A stretch of DNA of 64,000 bases from Euglena gracilis (Eukaryota): assembly GCA_039621445.1 (NCBI GenBank), contig CP154954.1, positions 22,580,954 to 22,644,953 of the forward strand, given 5' to 3'. Positions 45,301-64,000 of this stretch are shown here, one piece after another (position 1 is the first letter of the stretch; each line of letters opens with the position of its first letter). The translations under genes were made by a program, and so were the position numbers. The notes beneath the pieces were generated by a model that saw nothing but the letters and a program-made list of their open reading frames with translations, was not told where the DNA came from and made no database searches.

Positions 45301-47921
45301 GCCAACAACCACAGTGCAGCAGCCGCTGCAAGTGGTCCAGGTGCCCCAACCGTACCCGGTGCCGGTGCCGGTGCCCACCCCCTGTCCCGTGCCGGTGTAC
45401 GTCGAGCGCGTGGTGCCGGTACAGATCCCAGTGCCGTACCACGTACCCGTGCCGGTGGTCGTGGAGCGCGCAGTGCCCACACCGTACCCGGTGCCGGTGC
45501 ACGTGGAGCGCCTGGTGCCAGTGGAACGCCCACTCCCGCTGCCGTGGCTGGACACCGGGGCAGTGACCGCGCTGCTCCGGGGGGCGAGCGCACAGCTGCC
45601 CATGCCAGTCCAACGCCTGATCCAAGCGGTCAGCAGCACCACCGGGCCGACGAGGGCCCGGTGGCAGCGGGAGATGGGGCGACCACAGCCTTACCCGGCG
45701 GAAGGAGCAGTGGACCCCCAACGGGCACTGCTCATCGAAATGGTGCGATGGATCTGGCAGCAGCAACAACAGGAGCGGCAAGTGAGCTGCCACCTCCCCC
45801 ATCGCGGCACGCTGGCGATCGAAGACGCACCCACCGCCGCCACACCCACATCGCCCGCGGCAGGCACCACCCCCGCAGGCAGCACCACCACCAAGCCCAC
45901 CACCACCAACCCGCAACGGAAGGGGCCACCACCACCGCCACGCCAGCAGCACCACCAGGCAGCACCAGCCCCGCGCCCGCAGCAGCAGCAGCAAGCAGCA
46001 CGCCGGCCCCACCAACACCAACCACAAGCGCCACACCGCCACCGAGCGCCACCCCCACGCAGGAAGCACAAAGCACCACAGCCACCGAGGAGGCACCGGC
46101 AAGAAGCGACCCCATGGCCACAGACCGACTCCTGGGCAACAAGCGCCCAGTGTCGGTGGTGGTGGAGGAGGCGGCCACACCACAGCCCACCGAAGGGGAC
46201 GACGCCTCGCAGGCAACCCAACCAAGCCATCGCAAGAAGAGGCTGTACACGCGCTTGGCCGAGTGGCCGGCAGAGTGGCGGGAGCAGTACGAGCGGTTCA
46301 AGGCCACGCCCAAAGCAAGCGACCGCCACGAGATGTGGCAGGGGTGGGACCAAAGCCTCCAAGACCAAGTGTGGGCAGCCGTCGCCGACAAGCGGAGGGA
46401 CGAGATCCGCCGATGGAAGGCGATGGAGAACGAAGGCCCACCAACCCAAGCAGAAGGCCAAGCCAGAAGCACGCGAGAAGAGAGGCGGAGGTCCCACACC
46501 GGAGCGGAAGAAAGGTGGAGAACCCACCAGCCACGACTGGCAGGAAGGCCAGCGCATCGGGGAGGCGCAGCAGCGAGCCGCAGACGCGGAAGGGTCGGCA
46601 GCGGACCCCCCCGAGGGGCAAGCGGGGAGCCCAAAGAATCACCCGCGACCGGCCTGGGGCGGCTCTCCAGGGGTCCCTGCCGATCACCGGCAGGGCGTGT
46701 CCCGGCACGCCGTCAATCAGGACCCAAACAAAACAGAACCCACCAGCACCATGACAGCACAAAACAAAGGCATGCCAGGCAATGACGGCCTGCCCGGCGC
46801 AGAGGACCTCTGCCCCGGGTGGCAGGCGGGGCGCCAGCCTAAGAACCCGCAACCGACCTGGGGCGGATCTCCAGGGGTACCTGCCAATCACTGGCAGGGC
46901 GTGGCCCGACACGCCGTCAAGCGGGACGAAGGAGCAGAAGAACCGTGCCCCAGAAGCAGAAGCCAAGACCAGCACGACTGGAAGAAAGGGGCACGGATCG
47001 GGGAAGCAAAGAACCCCGGACCACCCCAAAGAGGGTACCAACAGCCCAACCCAAAAGGGGGGCCCAACGAGGAGGACAACAAACAGGAAAAGGACAGACA
47101 CAGCCCAGGAAAGGAGGCATGGGTGGCAAAGGAAACGTCACCCCACAAGGAAACCGGCAGGGCCAACCCCAAGGAGAGGGCTGGCAAACAGCACAAAGCA
47201 CCGGCCGAAAACGCCTCCAAAAGCGCCTCCAAGGGCTCCAACGGGCGCTGCAAGAAATGCAGCAAGAGCTCGACCAATGGCGGCAGAATCCGCCCCCGCA
47301 GCAGCAGCAGCAACGACCGGACCTAAGGGACGACAACCCCTGGGCCCCCCTGCAGCCACAGCAACAACGCCGGGGGCGGAAGAGATCCATTGGGTTTGAA
47401 CCCCCAAGCCGCCAAGCGAGCAGGCAGGCCAGAGCCAGAGCAACGAGGCGGACGCGGAGTGCGGGGAGGACGAGGACGTGGCCTAGGCGACGTAGCCCAA
47501 GATCGACACGGCCGCAGATCCCCGAAACCCGCGTGCCGGGCACGGAACTGCCATCCGTGCCCGTCATGCGGGTACCAGACGAGGCGTACCCCGCCGCCGG
47601 GGTCCGGGGGTGGGGGGGGCGCTCGCCGGCGGTGGCATCCCCGGGCCCCCGGGCCTGCGCGCGGGTGCGTGAAAGCTGCGGTGGGAGCGCCGCCCCCCCA
47701 GCACGCACGCACGACCACACACACCACCAGCAGGCAAGGGAGGGGGGGGGGGGAAGGGGCAGCCCAGCGCGCCAGACAGACGGGCAGCCACCGGAGGCCA
47801 AGGGAGGGGGGAGGGGGAAAGGGAAGGGGCAGCCAAGGGCGCCAGACAGACGGGCAGCCACCGGGGGACAGGAGGCCAAGGGAGGGGGGAGGGGGAAAGG
47901 GAAAGGCAAGGGAAACCCACG

Positions 47922-47929
<8 letters not shown>
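42340..47929 (+). mobile_element. Penelope-like element family A, copy 2 (tandem to copy 1; 594-nt in-frame deletion; ends ggtaaaa+(GA)n)
   Basis: ORF 42114-44906 has GIY-YIG motif GMIYGAYHFPTGKWYVGQT..RQRAREH followed by RT. Confidence 0.92.
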
Positions 47930-47954
<25 letters not shown>

Positions 47955-48705
47955 TGAGAGGCGCATGGGACTGAAGCGCTTCACCACACAGCCCAAGACG
48001 GCTAGGGGCTAGGAGTCTGGGGTGAGACGACGCCGCCACCGCCCACGGCGAAAAGAATATGGGCTCCCGCCAGCTGACGCGGTTTACAAACATCAGCTAG
48101 GCCACCCCACGCAGCAACCGAGTGGTGCTTCTCGGCCTGCAAGGACTCGAGCGCAAGTCCCCCGCACAGCCTCCAGTGCAAGTCGGCACAGAGGAAGGAG
48201 CCACGTGGGTGAACGTGACCTCCTGAGTCGCGGGTCGGGCTCCCCATACCTTGCTTGAGGTCGAAGCAAGTGGATCTATGCGGGCTGTCGCTCCGGGCAG
48301 GCTGGCCACTATCTGCGTGCAGGAGGCGGGCTGACGGGGTGCCAGAACACCCATCGGCGCCGGCCGTGGACCAGAGTATCCCGTGGTGACCACCTTCACG
48401 CCAAGGAGTGGGGCGAGTGGCCCCCGGGGTCCCGCTCCTGCAACCGGAGTTCCTGGGCCGTTCCTGGGGGTGGACGGCAGCACCCGAGGCCATGCAACAC
48501 GCGGAGCCTCTCCAGGTGGGTGCCCACGGGGCTTTATCTCGCCGCCTGGACAGCCGTGGGTGGCCCTGAGGGTCCGCATACCCTTGGGGTCCATGACTCG
48601 CCCACCCGCGGACATGAGTGCCCCGTCACCAGCGGTCTGCCCCACCAGCCGGGCGTCGGGGGCATCGACAAGCCGCCCGGCTGGATCCGAAACCGCCTGG
48701 CTCTA

Positions 48706-50965
48706 GCACCACGCAACACCTACCACCCCCGCAGGAGGGCCAGCACCCCACCCCACGCCAGCAGCACCACCCCCAACACCACCCGTGCCAGCGCAGCAGC
48801 AGCAGGCGGCAAGCAGCACGCCGGCCCAACAACCCAACCACAAGCCACACCGCCACCGAGCGCCACCCCCCCAGGCAGGAAGCAAAGCCCACACACCGAG
48901 GAGCACGGCAAGCGACCCCATGGCCACAGCCGACTCCTGCAACAAGCGCCCCGTGTCGGTGGTGTGGAGAGCGCCACACCACGCCCGCCGAAGGGGACGA
49001 CGCCTCGCGGCAACCCACCAGAGCGCAAGAAGAGGCTGTACACGCGCTTGGCCGTGGCCGGCGAGTGGCGGGCAGTACAGCGGTCAAGGCCAGCACAAAG
49101 CAACGACCGCCGCGAGATGTGGCAGGTGGGACCAAAGCCTCCCCCAAGTGTGGGCAGCCGTCCCGACAAACGGAGGGACGAGATCCGCCGATGGAAGGCG
49201 ATGGAGACGAAGGCCCAACCCAGCAGAAGCAAGCGAGCACACGCAGAAAGAGGCGGAGGTCCCACACCGGCGGAAGAAGAAGGTGGAGAACCCACCCCCA
49301 CGACTGGCAGGAGCCACGCATCGGGGGCGAAGCACCAGGCCCAGAAGAGAATGGTCGGCAGCGGACCCCCCGAGGGGCAAGCGGGAGCCCAAATCCCCGC
49401 AACCCTGCGGCTCTCCAGGGTACCTGCCGATCAACCGCAGGGCGTGTCCCGCCCGCCGTCAATCGGGACCCCAAACAATACCCCCAGAACCATGACGCAA
49501 AAAGCAAGGCATGCCAGCGACGGCCTGCCCGGCAGAGACCTCTGCCCCGGTGGCAGGGGGCGGGCGCCAGCCAAGAACCCCGCAACCGACCTGGGGCGAT
49601 CTCCAGGGGTACCTGCCAATCACGCAGGCGTGGCCCGACACGCCGTCAAGCGTGACGAAGCAGAAGAACCGTGCCCCAGAACCACAAGCCACGACCAGCA
49701 CGAATGGAAGAGGGGCACGATCGGGAAGCAAAGCCCCGACACCCCAAGAGTGTACCACAGCCCCAACCCAAAAGGGGGGCCCAACGAGGAGACAACAAAC
49801 GGAAAGACAGAAGCCGGAACAAGCCCCCCGGAGCCCACCTCCGGCTGGCAAAAGGCTGCTGGCTGGAGAGCTGCTGGCGCCCCCCCCGCCCCCGGGGGGT
49901 GGGAGAGGGGTCCCTGGACGGGCCGCGGGTCGAGAAAAACAAAATCTCACGCCAGACAGAGGGTGGAGCTAGGTCAGGGGCGCTGTAAGGGAAGGGGCTG
50001 TGCAGAGGGGGAAAACAGGGATAAGACCTGGGACAGCCCGTTGGGCTGGCCTGCCCGGCCGGTGGGCCGCCTCGGCAGCTGCCCGCCTCCGGCCGGCGCC
50101 AACCCCGACCCTGGGGGGGGAGCCCCTCCCGAAGGGCTGCTGGCTGGCGAAGCTCGGGGCTGGACGACCCCCGCGTGGGAGGCCCTCCGGCAGAAACCCT
50201 GCACACACCAGAAGGAGGCGGGTGGCAAAGGAAACGTCACCCCACAAGGCCGGCAGGGCCAACCCCAAGGAGAGGCTGGCAAACAGCACAAAGCACCGGC
50301 CCAAAACGCCTCCAAAAGCGCCTCCAAGGGCTCCAACGCGCTGCAGAAAGCAGCAAGAGCTCGACCAATGGCGGCAGATCCGCCCCCCCCGCAGCGGCGA
50401 CCGGAATAGGGACGACAACCCCTTGGCCCCCCCCTGCAGCCACAGCAACAACGCCGGGGCGGAACAGATCCATTGGGTTTGAACCCCCAATCCGCCAGCA
50501 GGCAGCCGCCACGCTGCAACAAGGAGGACGGGAGGACGAGGCCGAGACGAGGCGACGGGCCCAAGATCGCACTCCACGATCCCCGAAACCCGCGTGCCGG
50601 GCACGAACTGCCAGCCGTGCCCGTCATGCGGTACCAGAACGAGGTGTACCACGCCGACGGGCCCTGGGGTGGGGGCTCGCCGGCGGTGGCATCCCCGGCC
50701 CCCAGCCCTGGCGGGGGCCCCGGGGTGGCGTGAAACGATGCGGCCCATGGGGGAGCGCCCCCCCAAGCACGCCACCACGAACGCAAGCCGCCCCCGTGGC
50801 AGGATGAGCCCCCCCCTCGCGTCCAGACAGACTTCCCGCGGACCGGAGGCCAAGGGAGGGAGGGGAAAGGGAAGGGGCAGCCCAGCGCCAGACAGACGGG
50901 ATCCACCGGGGGACAGGAGGCCAGGGAGGGACGGGGGAGGAAAGACAAGCAAGAAACCCCGTGGC
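48706..50965 (+). pseudogene. Heavily degraded 3' part of family A with an unrelated insert at ~49815-50210
   Basis: Colinear with ~45830-47920 but with many 1-3 nt indels (decay or poor consensus). Confidence 0.8.
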
Positions 50966-51021
50966 CGTCCGTCCGCGCCCCCCTCTCCTCCTCGAGTTTT
51001 CGCCCCCCCCCCCCTCGTGGG

Positions 51022-59065
<8,044 letters not shown>

Positions 59066-59082
59066 GAGAGAGAGAGAGAGAG

Positions 59083-62000
59083 AGAGGGCTGGCAAACAGC
59101 ACAAAGCACCGGCCGAAAACGCCTCCAAAAGCGCCTCCAAGGGCTCCAACGGGCGCTGCAAGAAATGCAGCAAGAGCTCGACCAATGGCGGCAGAATCCG
59201 CCCCCGCAGCAGCAGCAGCAACGACCGGACCTAAGGGACGACAACCCCTGGGCCCCCCTGCAGCCACAGCAACAACGCCGGGAGCGGAAGAGATCCATTG
59301 GGTTTGAATCCCCAAGCCGCCAGAGCGAGAGAGAGACCAGCAGAGCAACGAGGAGGACGCGGAGGACGGGGAGGACGAGGTCGTGGACGAGGCGACGGAG
59401 CCCAAGATCGACACGGCCATGCAGATCCCCGAAACCCGCGTGCCGGGCACGGAACATGCCAGCCGTGCCCGTCATGCGGGTACCAGAACGAGGTGTACCA
59501 CGCCGACGGGGCCCTGGGGGGTGGGGGGCTCGCCGGCGGTGGCATCCCCGGGCCCCCGGGCCCTGGCGCGGGGTCCGGGGGTGGCGTGAAAGGCGTGCGG
59601 AGCCCATGGGGGGAGCGCCGCCCCCCCAGCACGCACGCACGCACGGGGACCGCCACACACCCACCAGCAGGCAAGGGAGGGGGGAGGGGGAAGGGGCAGC
59701 CCAGCGCGCCAGACAGACGGGCAGCCCCCGGAGGACCGGAGGCCAAGGGAGGGGGGAGGGGGAAAGGGAAGGGGCAGCCCAGAGCGCCAGACAGACGGGC
59801 AGCCACCGGGGGACAGGAGGCCAAGGGAGGGGGGAGGGGGAAAGGGAAAGGCAAGGGAAACCCACGTGGTAAAAGAGAGAGCGACGCGGGCAACCGCGGC
59901 CACCCCACAACGGGTGGAGGGAGAGTGACGGTGAGCGTCGCGCGGCACACGCCAGCCCGCGACGACAGGCCGCTCCCATACCCAGTCCACGGGAAGCACG
60001 CGAGGCAGGTGGAGAGGAGCACGGGAAGGCAGGCGTGGACGTGGAGGTCATGGGAGGACTGGCACGTGAACGCCGTGCAACGGCGTTCCTGGCGCAAGAG
60101 CCCGATTCGGCGACTGCTGGAGCTCCGGCACGCTGAGGCACAAGCCAACGGAGACCGGGCCAATTACTTCTCCCCGGAGGCAGTGACCACCTGGCACGGG
60201 ATGATCTACGGGGCGTACCATTTCCCAACAGGGAAGTGGTACGTGGGCCAGACGGTCAACACCATCCGCCAGCGGGCACGAGAGCACTGGTACGCACGAA
60301 AGTCGGCGCGGGACTTCCTGCACCTGGCGCTGGCAGACGACCCGGACCCGATGACCTGGCTGGCCCTGCCACTGGAGATCATCCCCAAGGAGCTGTGGCG
60401 ATGTCCAGAGGCAGACCGACAAGCAGGGTGGCGGAAGAAAGAGCGGGCGCTCTTCCGGGCGGTGGCCACCCCGAGGGAGAAGTACTGGGTGGACAAGCTG
60501 AGGTCCATGTGGCCAAAGGGATGGAACTCAGCGTACCCGGGCAAGCCCGCAAGCGCGGGCCACCTGCCCCCCAGTGGAGCAACCGCGCCACGAGAACCAG
60601 CACGGGACCTGGAGGCGGCAAAGAGCGCCATCCGGCAGTGGCAGGCAGACCCGAGGGCAACAAGGCGGTGGCTGCACGTGCTGGCGCGCGAGGACCTGGT
60701 GGAGATCCTCGAGGGGCTGGAGAAAGGGCTGCGCCCAACAGAGCAGACAGCGACAACGGCTGCGATCGCAGCAGAAGCCCGGGAGGCACTCCGAAAGCGC
60801 AAGGCGGAGAAGAAGGCCCGGGATTTCGTCCGCTTCCTGTACGGGCACCCCATCGCCGAGAAGATGGCCCTGCCGGACATCATCCGCGACCCCGAGGTGT
60901 ACAAGCTCCACCCAGAGCCGGAGGTGGGGGCAGCCATCATGGTGGTGCACAAGTTCGCCCCGCAGATCGCCAGCGCACTGTTCAACTACAAGGACTGGGC
61001 CATGCACCCACAGCCGATGGACGCCGACGGGGAGGAGCACTGCCCCTGCCGGACGCAGGTGCGACCGAACGCCACGCTGGTGGAGGGGCACGTCCTCTCC
61101 ACAGACCCCGACGAGCTGGCGTCCCCGTACCTGAGGGAGATCCTCAGCAAGGGGAAGAAGTACCGCCTGCGGCTGCCCATCTCGTCAGTGCTGGCGCGCC
61201 TCGACGACGGCCTCCGCCAGTACGTGGAGTACAAGACCAAGGCCCACCAAGACGACGAGGGCTACCGCACGGGCCTGCTGAAGTGGGCGGAAGCGGTGCG
61301 GGCACGCGCAGAGGCCCGCATCACGCAGGCGGCGAGGGAGCACCCCCACGAGCCAGACGGGTACCCCAACCTGCAGGAGCAGCTCAGCGCAGCCAAGAGG
61401 GCGCTGGTGTTCGGGCCGGAGGACAGGGCACCGCACGCCCTGTTCTTCGCCTGCGGGCGGCTGTTCGCGGCGAAGCTGCACGAGCGGCTAGAAGCGACCG
61501 GGGCATTCGTCCCAGACGCCCGCCCGCCGGCGGACCTGCTGGAGCAGATCAAGGCCCTGAACGACGAGCTGCAGCTCCTCCACCACCCACGGCTGCCATA
61601 CCTCTATGGAGCATGGAAGGCCAAGAAGCAAGCCTTCCGCTGGATTGCCGGGACGGCCCGGAACCAGGACGAAGGCGACCATGAGGAAGAAGAAGGAAAG
61701 CCAAAGAACGCCCTCTCCGAAGTGGGCGGCCTCATGGTCAAAGTGCTCCAAGTGGTGATGGCAACCCTGCGGCGAAAGGACCGGGAAGCAGTGGGCAAAG
61801 GCAACAAGTCCCGCTACTGGATCATCGAGGACATCGATGAGTTCGTGCAGGAGTTCCGGGTGCTGGCGCAAAGCCGAGCGCTGAGCGCCGTGCCGTGGGC
61901 AACGTATGACTTCACCACCATGTACGAGGCGCTGGAGCACGAGCACCTGGTGCACGGGGTGATGGCAGCGGTGAAGGAGGCCTGGGAGGAGGAAACCATC

Positions 62001-64000
62001 GGCAAAGCACGGGACACGGGCCAACATCCACGAGACGTGGACCTACGCCTGGGGGCAGGGGGCTGGCACGAGGCGGCCAAGGTGAAGGACGCCCCCGGAA
62101 TGCCGTGGTTCACGCTGCCGAGGGTGGAGGACACCCTGCGCAAGATGCTGGCCAACCTGTACGCGGTGAACGGGGGGGTGGTGCGGAAGCAGCAAAAGGG
62201 AGTACCCATGGGGCTGGAGTGCTCCCCGCAGCTGGCCAACCTGTACGCCTACGCCGTGGAGAGCAGGTGGGTGGACCGAACGGCACCGACCAACGTCCTG
62301 ATGCGGCGGTACATCGACGACATCATCGTCATGGGACCAGATGCCCTCACCCCCGGGAAAGGGCTGCCCACCGAGGAGGACTACGGGATGCAGTACAAGT
62401 CCACCGCCGAGGAGCCCCACAGCCTCATCTACCTGGGGGTGCGGCTGTTCGTGGACGACCGCGGACAAGCCCACTCGGTCCTGCACGACCGTGCAGTGGA
62501 CTACCCCATCCGGGTGGACCGATACCCCGAGGGCACAACAGTGGCCAACCCAGCCCAGCTGGCAGGCGTCATCATGGGCCGGTTGGTGGCAGCCCAACGG
62601 ACATGCAGCCGCATGGATCTGTTCCAAGACGCGGTGGCCGGCATCTTCACCCACGCGCATCGCAGGGGATACCCACGGAGAATGGTGCACTCCACGTGGA
62701 CCCGGTTCCTGTGGCGGTACTGGGACGCGGCATCCGTCACCACGCGGGAACTGCGGGCGTGGTTCCACGACGCGTGGCGAAAGGTGACGGAAGCGGAGGA
62801 GGGGGGACAGCGCAAGCCGGCCCCCAAGTGGCCAACGTGGGAAGCCCGCGTACCACTGCCGCGGGACAGTGGCAGGGGAACACCACAGCACCCACCACCG
62901 CGGGACGCAGCAGGGCACCAGGCAGCATGTGAGGGGACCCCCCAGCCCCAAGCAGCACAACGGGAGCCCATCGACGACCTCATCGACCTCACCACGCCAC
63001 CGGGGTCCCCGCCACACGCAAGCCCAGGCGACGGGGAGCCGCAGGGCGGCTCCTCGCAACCAGCCAGCAGCTACCGCCCGATGGCACCGCCGCTGATACC
63101 GTACCCCCTCCCACCGAGCGGCAGGGGAGGGGTGGGGCCAACCAGGACCGGACGACCAGGACAGAGGGGGGCAGGGCAGAAAGGCAACATACCGCCGAGA
63201 AGGCCGTGGTCTTCACCGGTGTACCCCACGCGGGGGGCTGCCAGCTCGTCGTCGACTTGGGCCGAAAAGGCTGTGCGATGGGGCTGTCCGCCTTCCGAGT
63301 CGCTGCCACTGCACGCCCCTCTCGCACAGGAGCGTGCAGTGGGGGGCGCACTCTCCCCACGAGCACAGCCACCTCACGTCCCTGTCGCCGAAACACGGTG
63401 CACAGCGAGCACACAGGAGCGGGAGGTGGCCGGCGCTTCCCCCACACCCACCACACAGACATCAGCGGCGACGCCAACCAGCCAGCAGCCACCAACAACC
63501 ACAGTGCAGCAGCCGCTGCAAGTGGTCCAGGTGCCCCAACCGTACCCGGTGCCGGTGCCGGTGCCCACCCCCTGTCCCGTGCCGGTGTACGTCGAGCGCG
63601 TGGTGCCGGTACAGATCCCAGTGCCATACCACGTACCCGTGCCGGTGGTCGTGGAGCGCGCAGTGCCCACACCGTACCCGGTGCCGGTGCACGTGGAGCG
63701 CCTGGTGCCAGTGGAACGCCCACTCCCGCTGCCGTGGCTGGACACCGGGGCAGTGACCGCGCTGCTCCGGGGGGCGAGCGCACAGCTGCCCATGCCAGTC
63801 CAACGCCTGATCCAAGCGGTCAGCAGCACCACCGGGCCGACGAGGGCCCGGTGGCAGCGGGAGATGGGGCGACCACAGCCTTACCCGGCGGAAGGAGCAG
63901 TGGACCCCCAACGGGCACTGCTCGTCGAAATGGTGCGATGGATCTGGCAGCAGCAACAGCAGCAGCAAGAGAGCCGCCCCCTCACCCATCGCGCCACGCT
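59083..64000 (+). mobile_element. Penelope-like element family A, copy 3, with upstream pseudo-LTR; most intact copy, runs off the window
   Basis: 59083-59874 repeats the 3' end of copy 2 and continues into the GIY-YIG and RT regions. Confidence 0.93.
59235..64000 (+). CDS. PLE polyprotein: RGG/Cys region, GIY-YIG endonuclease (~60195-60540), CxC..H linker, RT + thumb (~61130-62780), articulin-like repeat (~63520-63720); absent from the ORF track because no stop occurs in the window
   Basis: Translated by hand and by comparison with copies 1 and 2, the frame is open from the TAA at 59232-59234 to the window end. It contains MIYGAYH..WYVGQT, HCPC..GHVLSTD, LSKGKKYR, LPYLYGAWKAKK..FRWI, DFTTMY, GVPMG and YIDD. 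An N-terminal endonuclease is characteristic of the Naiad/Chlamys group of PLEs. Confidence 0.88.

Noticed and set aside
48240-48290. FDLKQG as an LTR/DIRS RT motif on the minus strand
   Set aside because: It is an isolated short match with no downstream RT motifs.

Overview
This window is eukaryotic nuclear DNA, most likely from a euglenid (inferred from non-GT-AG introns of the N3-CAG...CTG-N5 type with base-paired ends, a trans-splice-like acceptor and articulin-like repeats). The left part (~1.5-32.6 kb, minus strand) holds one long gene of more than 20 short exons. It encodes an N-acylation signal, a CaMKK-like Ser/Thr kinase, a response-regulator receiver domain and a PP2C-like domain missing several catalytic acidic residues. 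Its introns carry MITE-like TIR elements, a ~163-bp satellite and microsatellites. One intron (8915-9483) is exactly a CAG...CTG TIR element plus one copy of its 8-bp target duplication, which is direct evidence of a transposon becoming a nonconventional intron. The right part (37.6-64 kb, plus strand) is a head-to-tail nest of Penelope-like retroelements of two families, joined at (GA)n tracts; an N-terminal GIY-YIG endonuclease is seen in family A, and family B is 5'-truncated. It also contains a 9-copy ~525-bp non-coding array that shares a covarying double hairpin with family A. The element proteins carry articulin-like VPV repeats, a Trp-rich domain and 2A-like HDWxxGxRIGEAxxPGP motifs, and the reading frame appears to run on from one tandem unit into the next. 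Exon boundaries were reconstructed by eye, and some frameshifts may be assembly errors.
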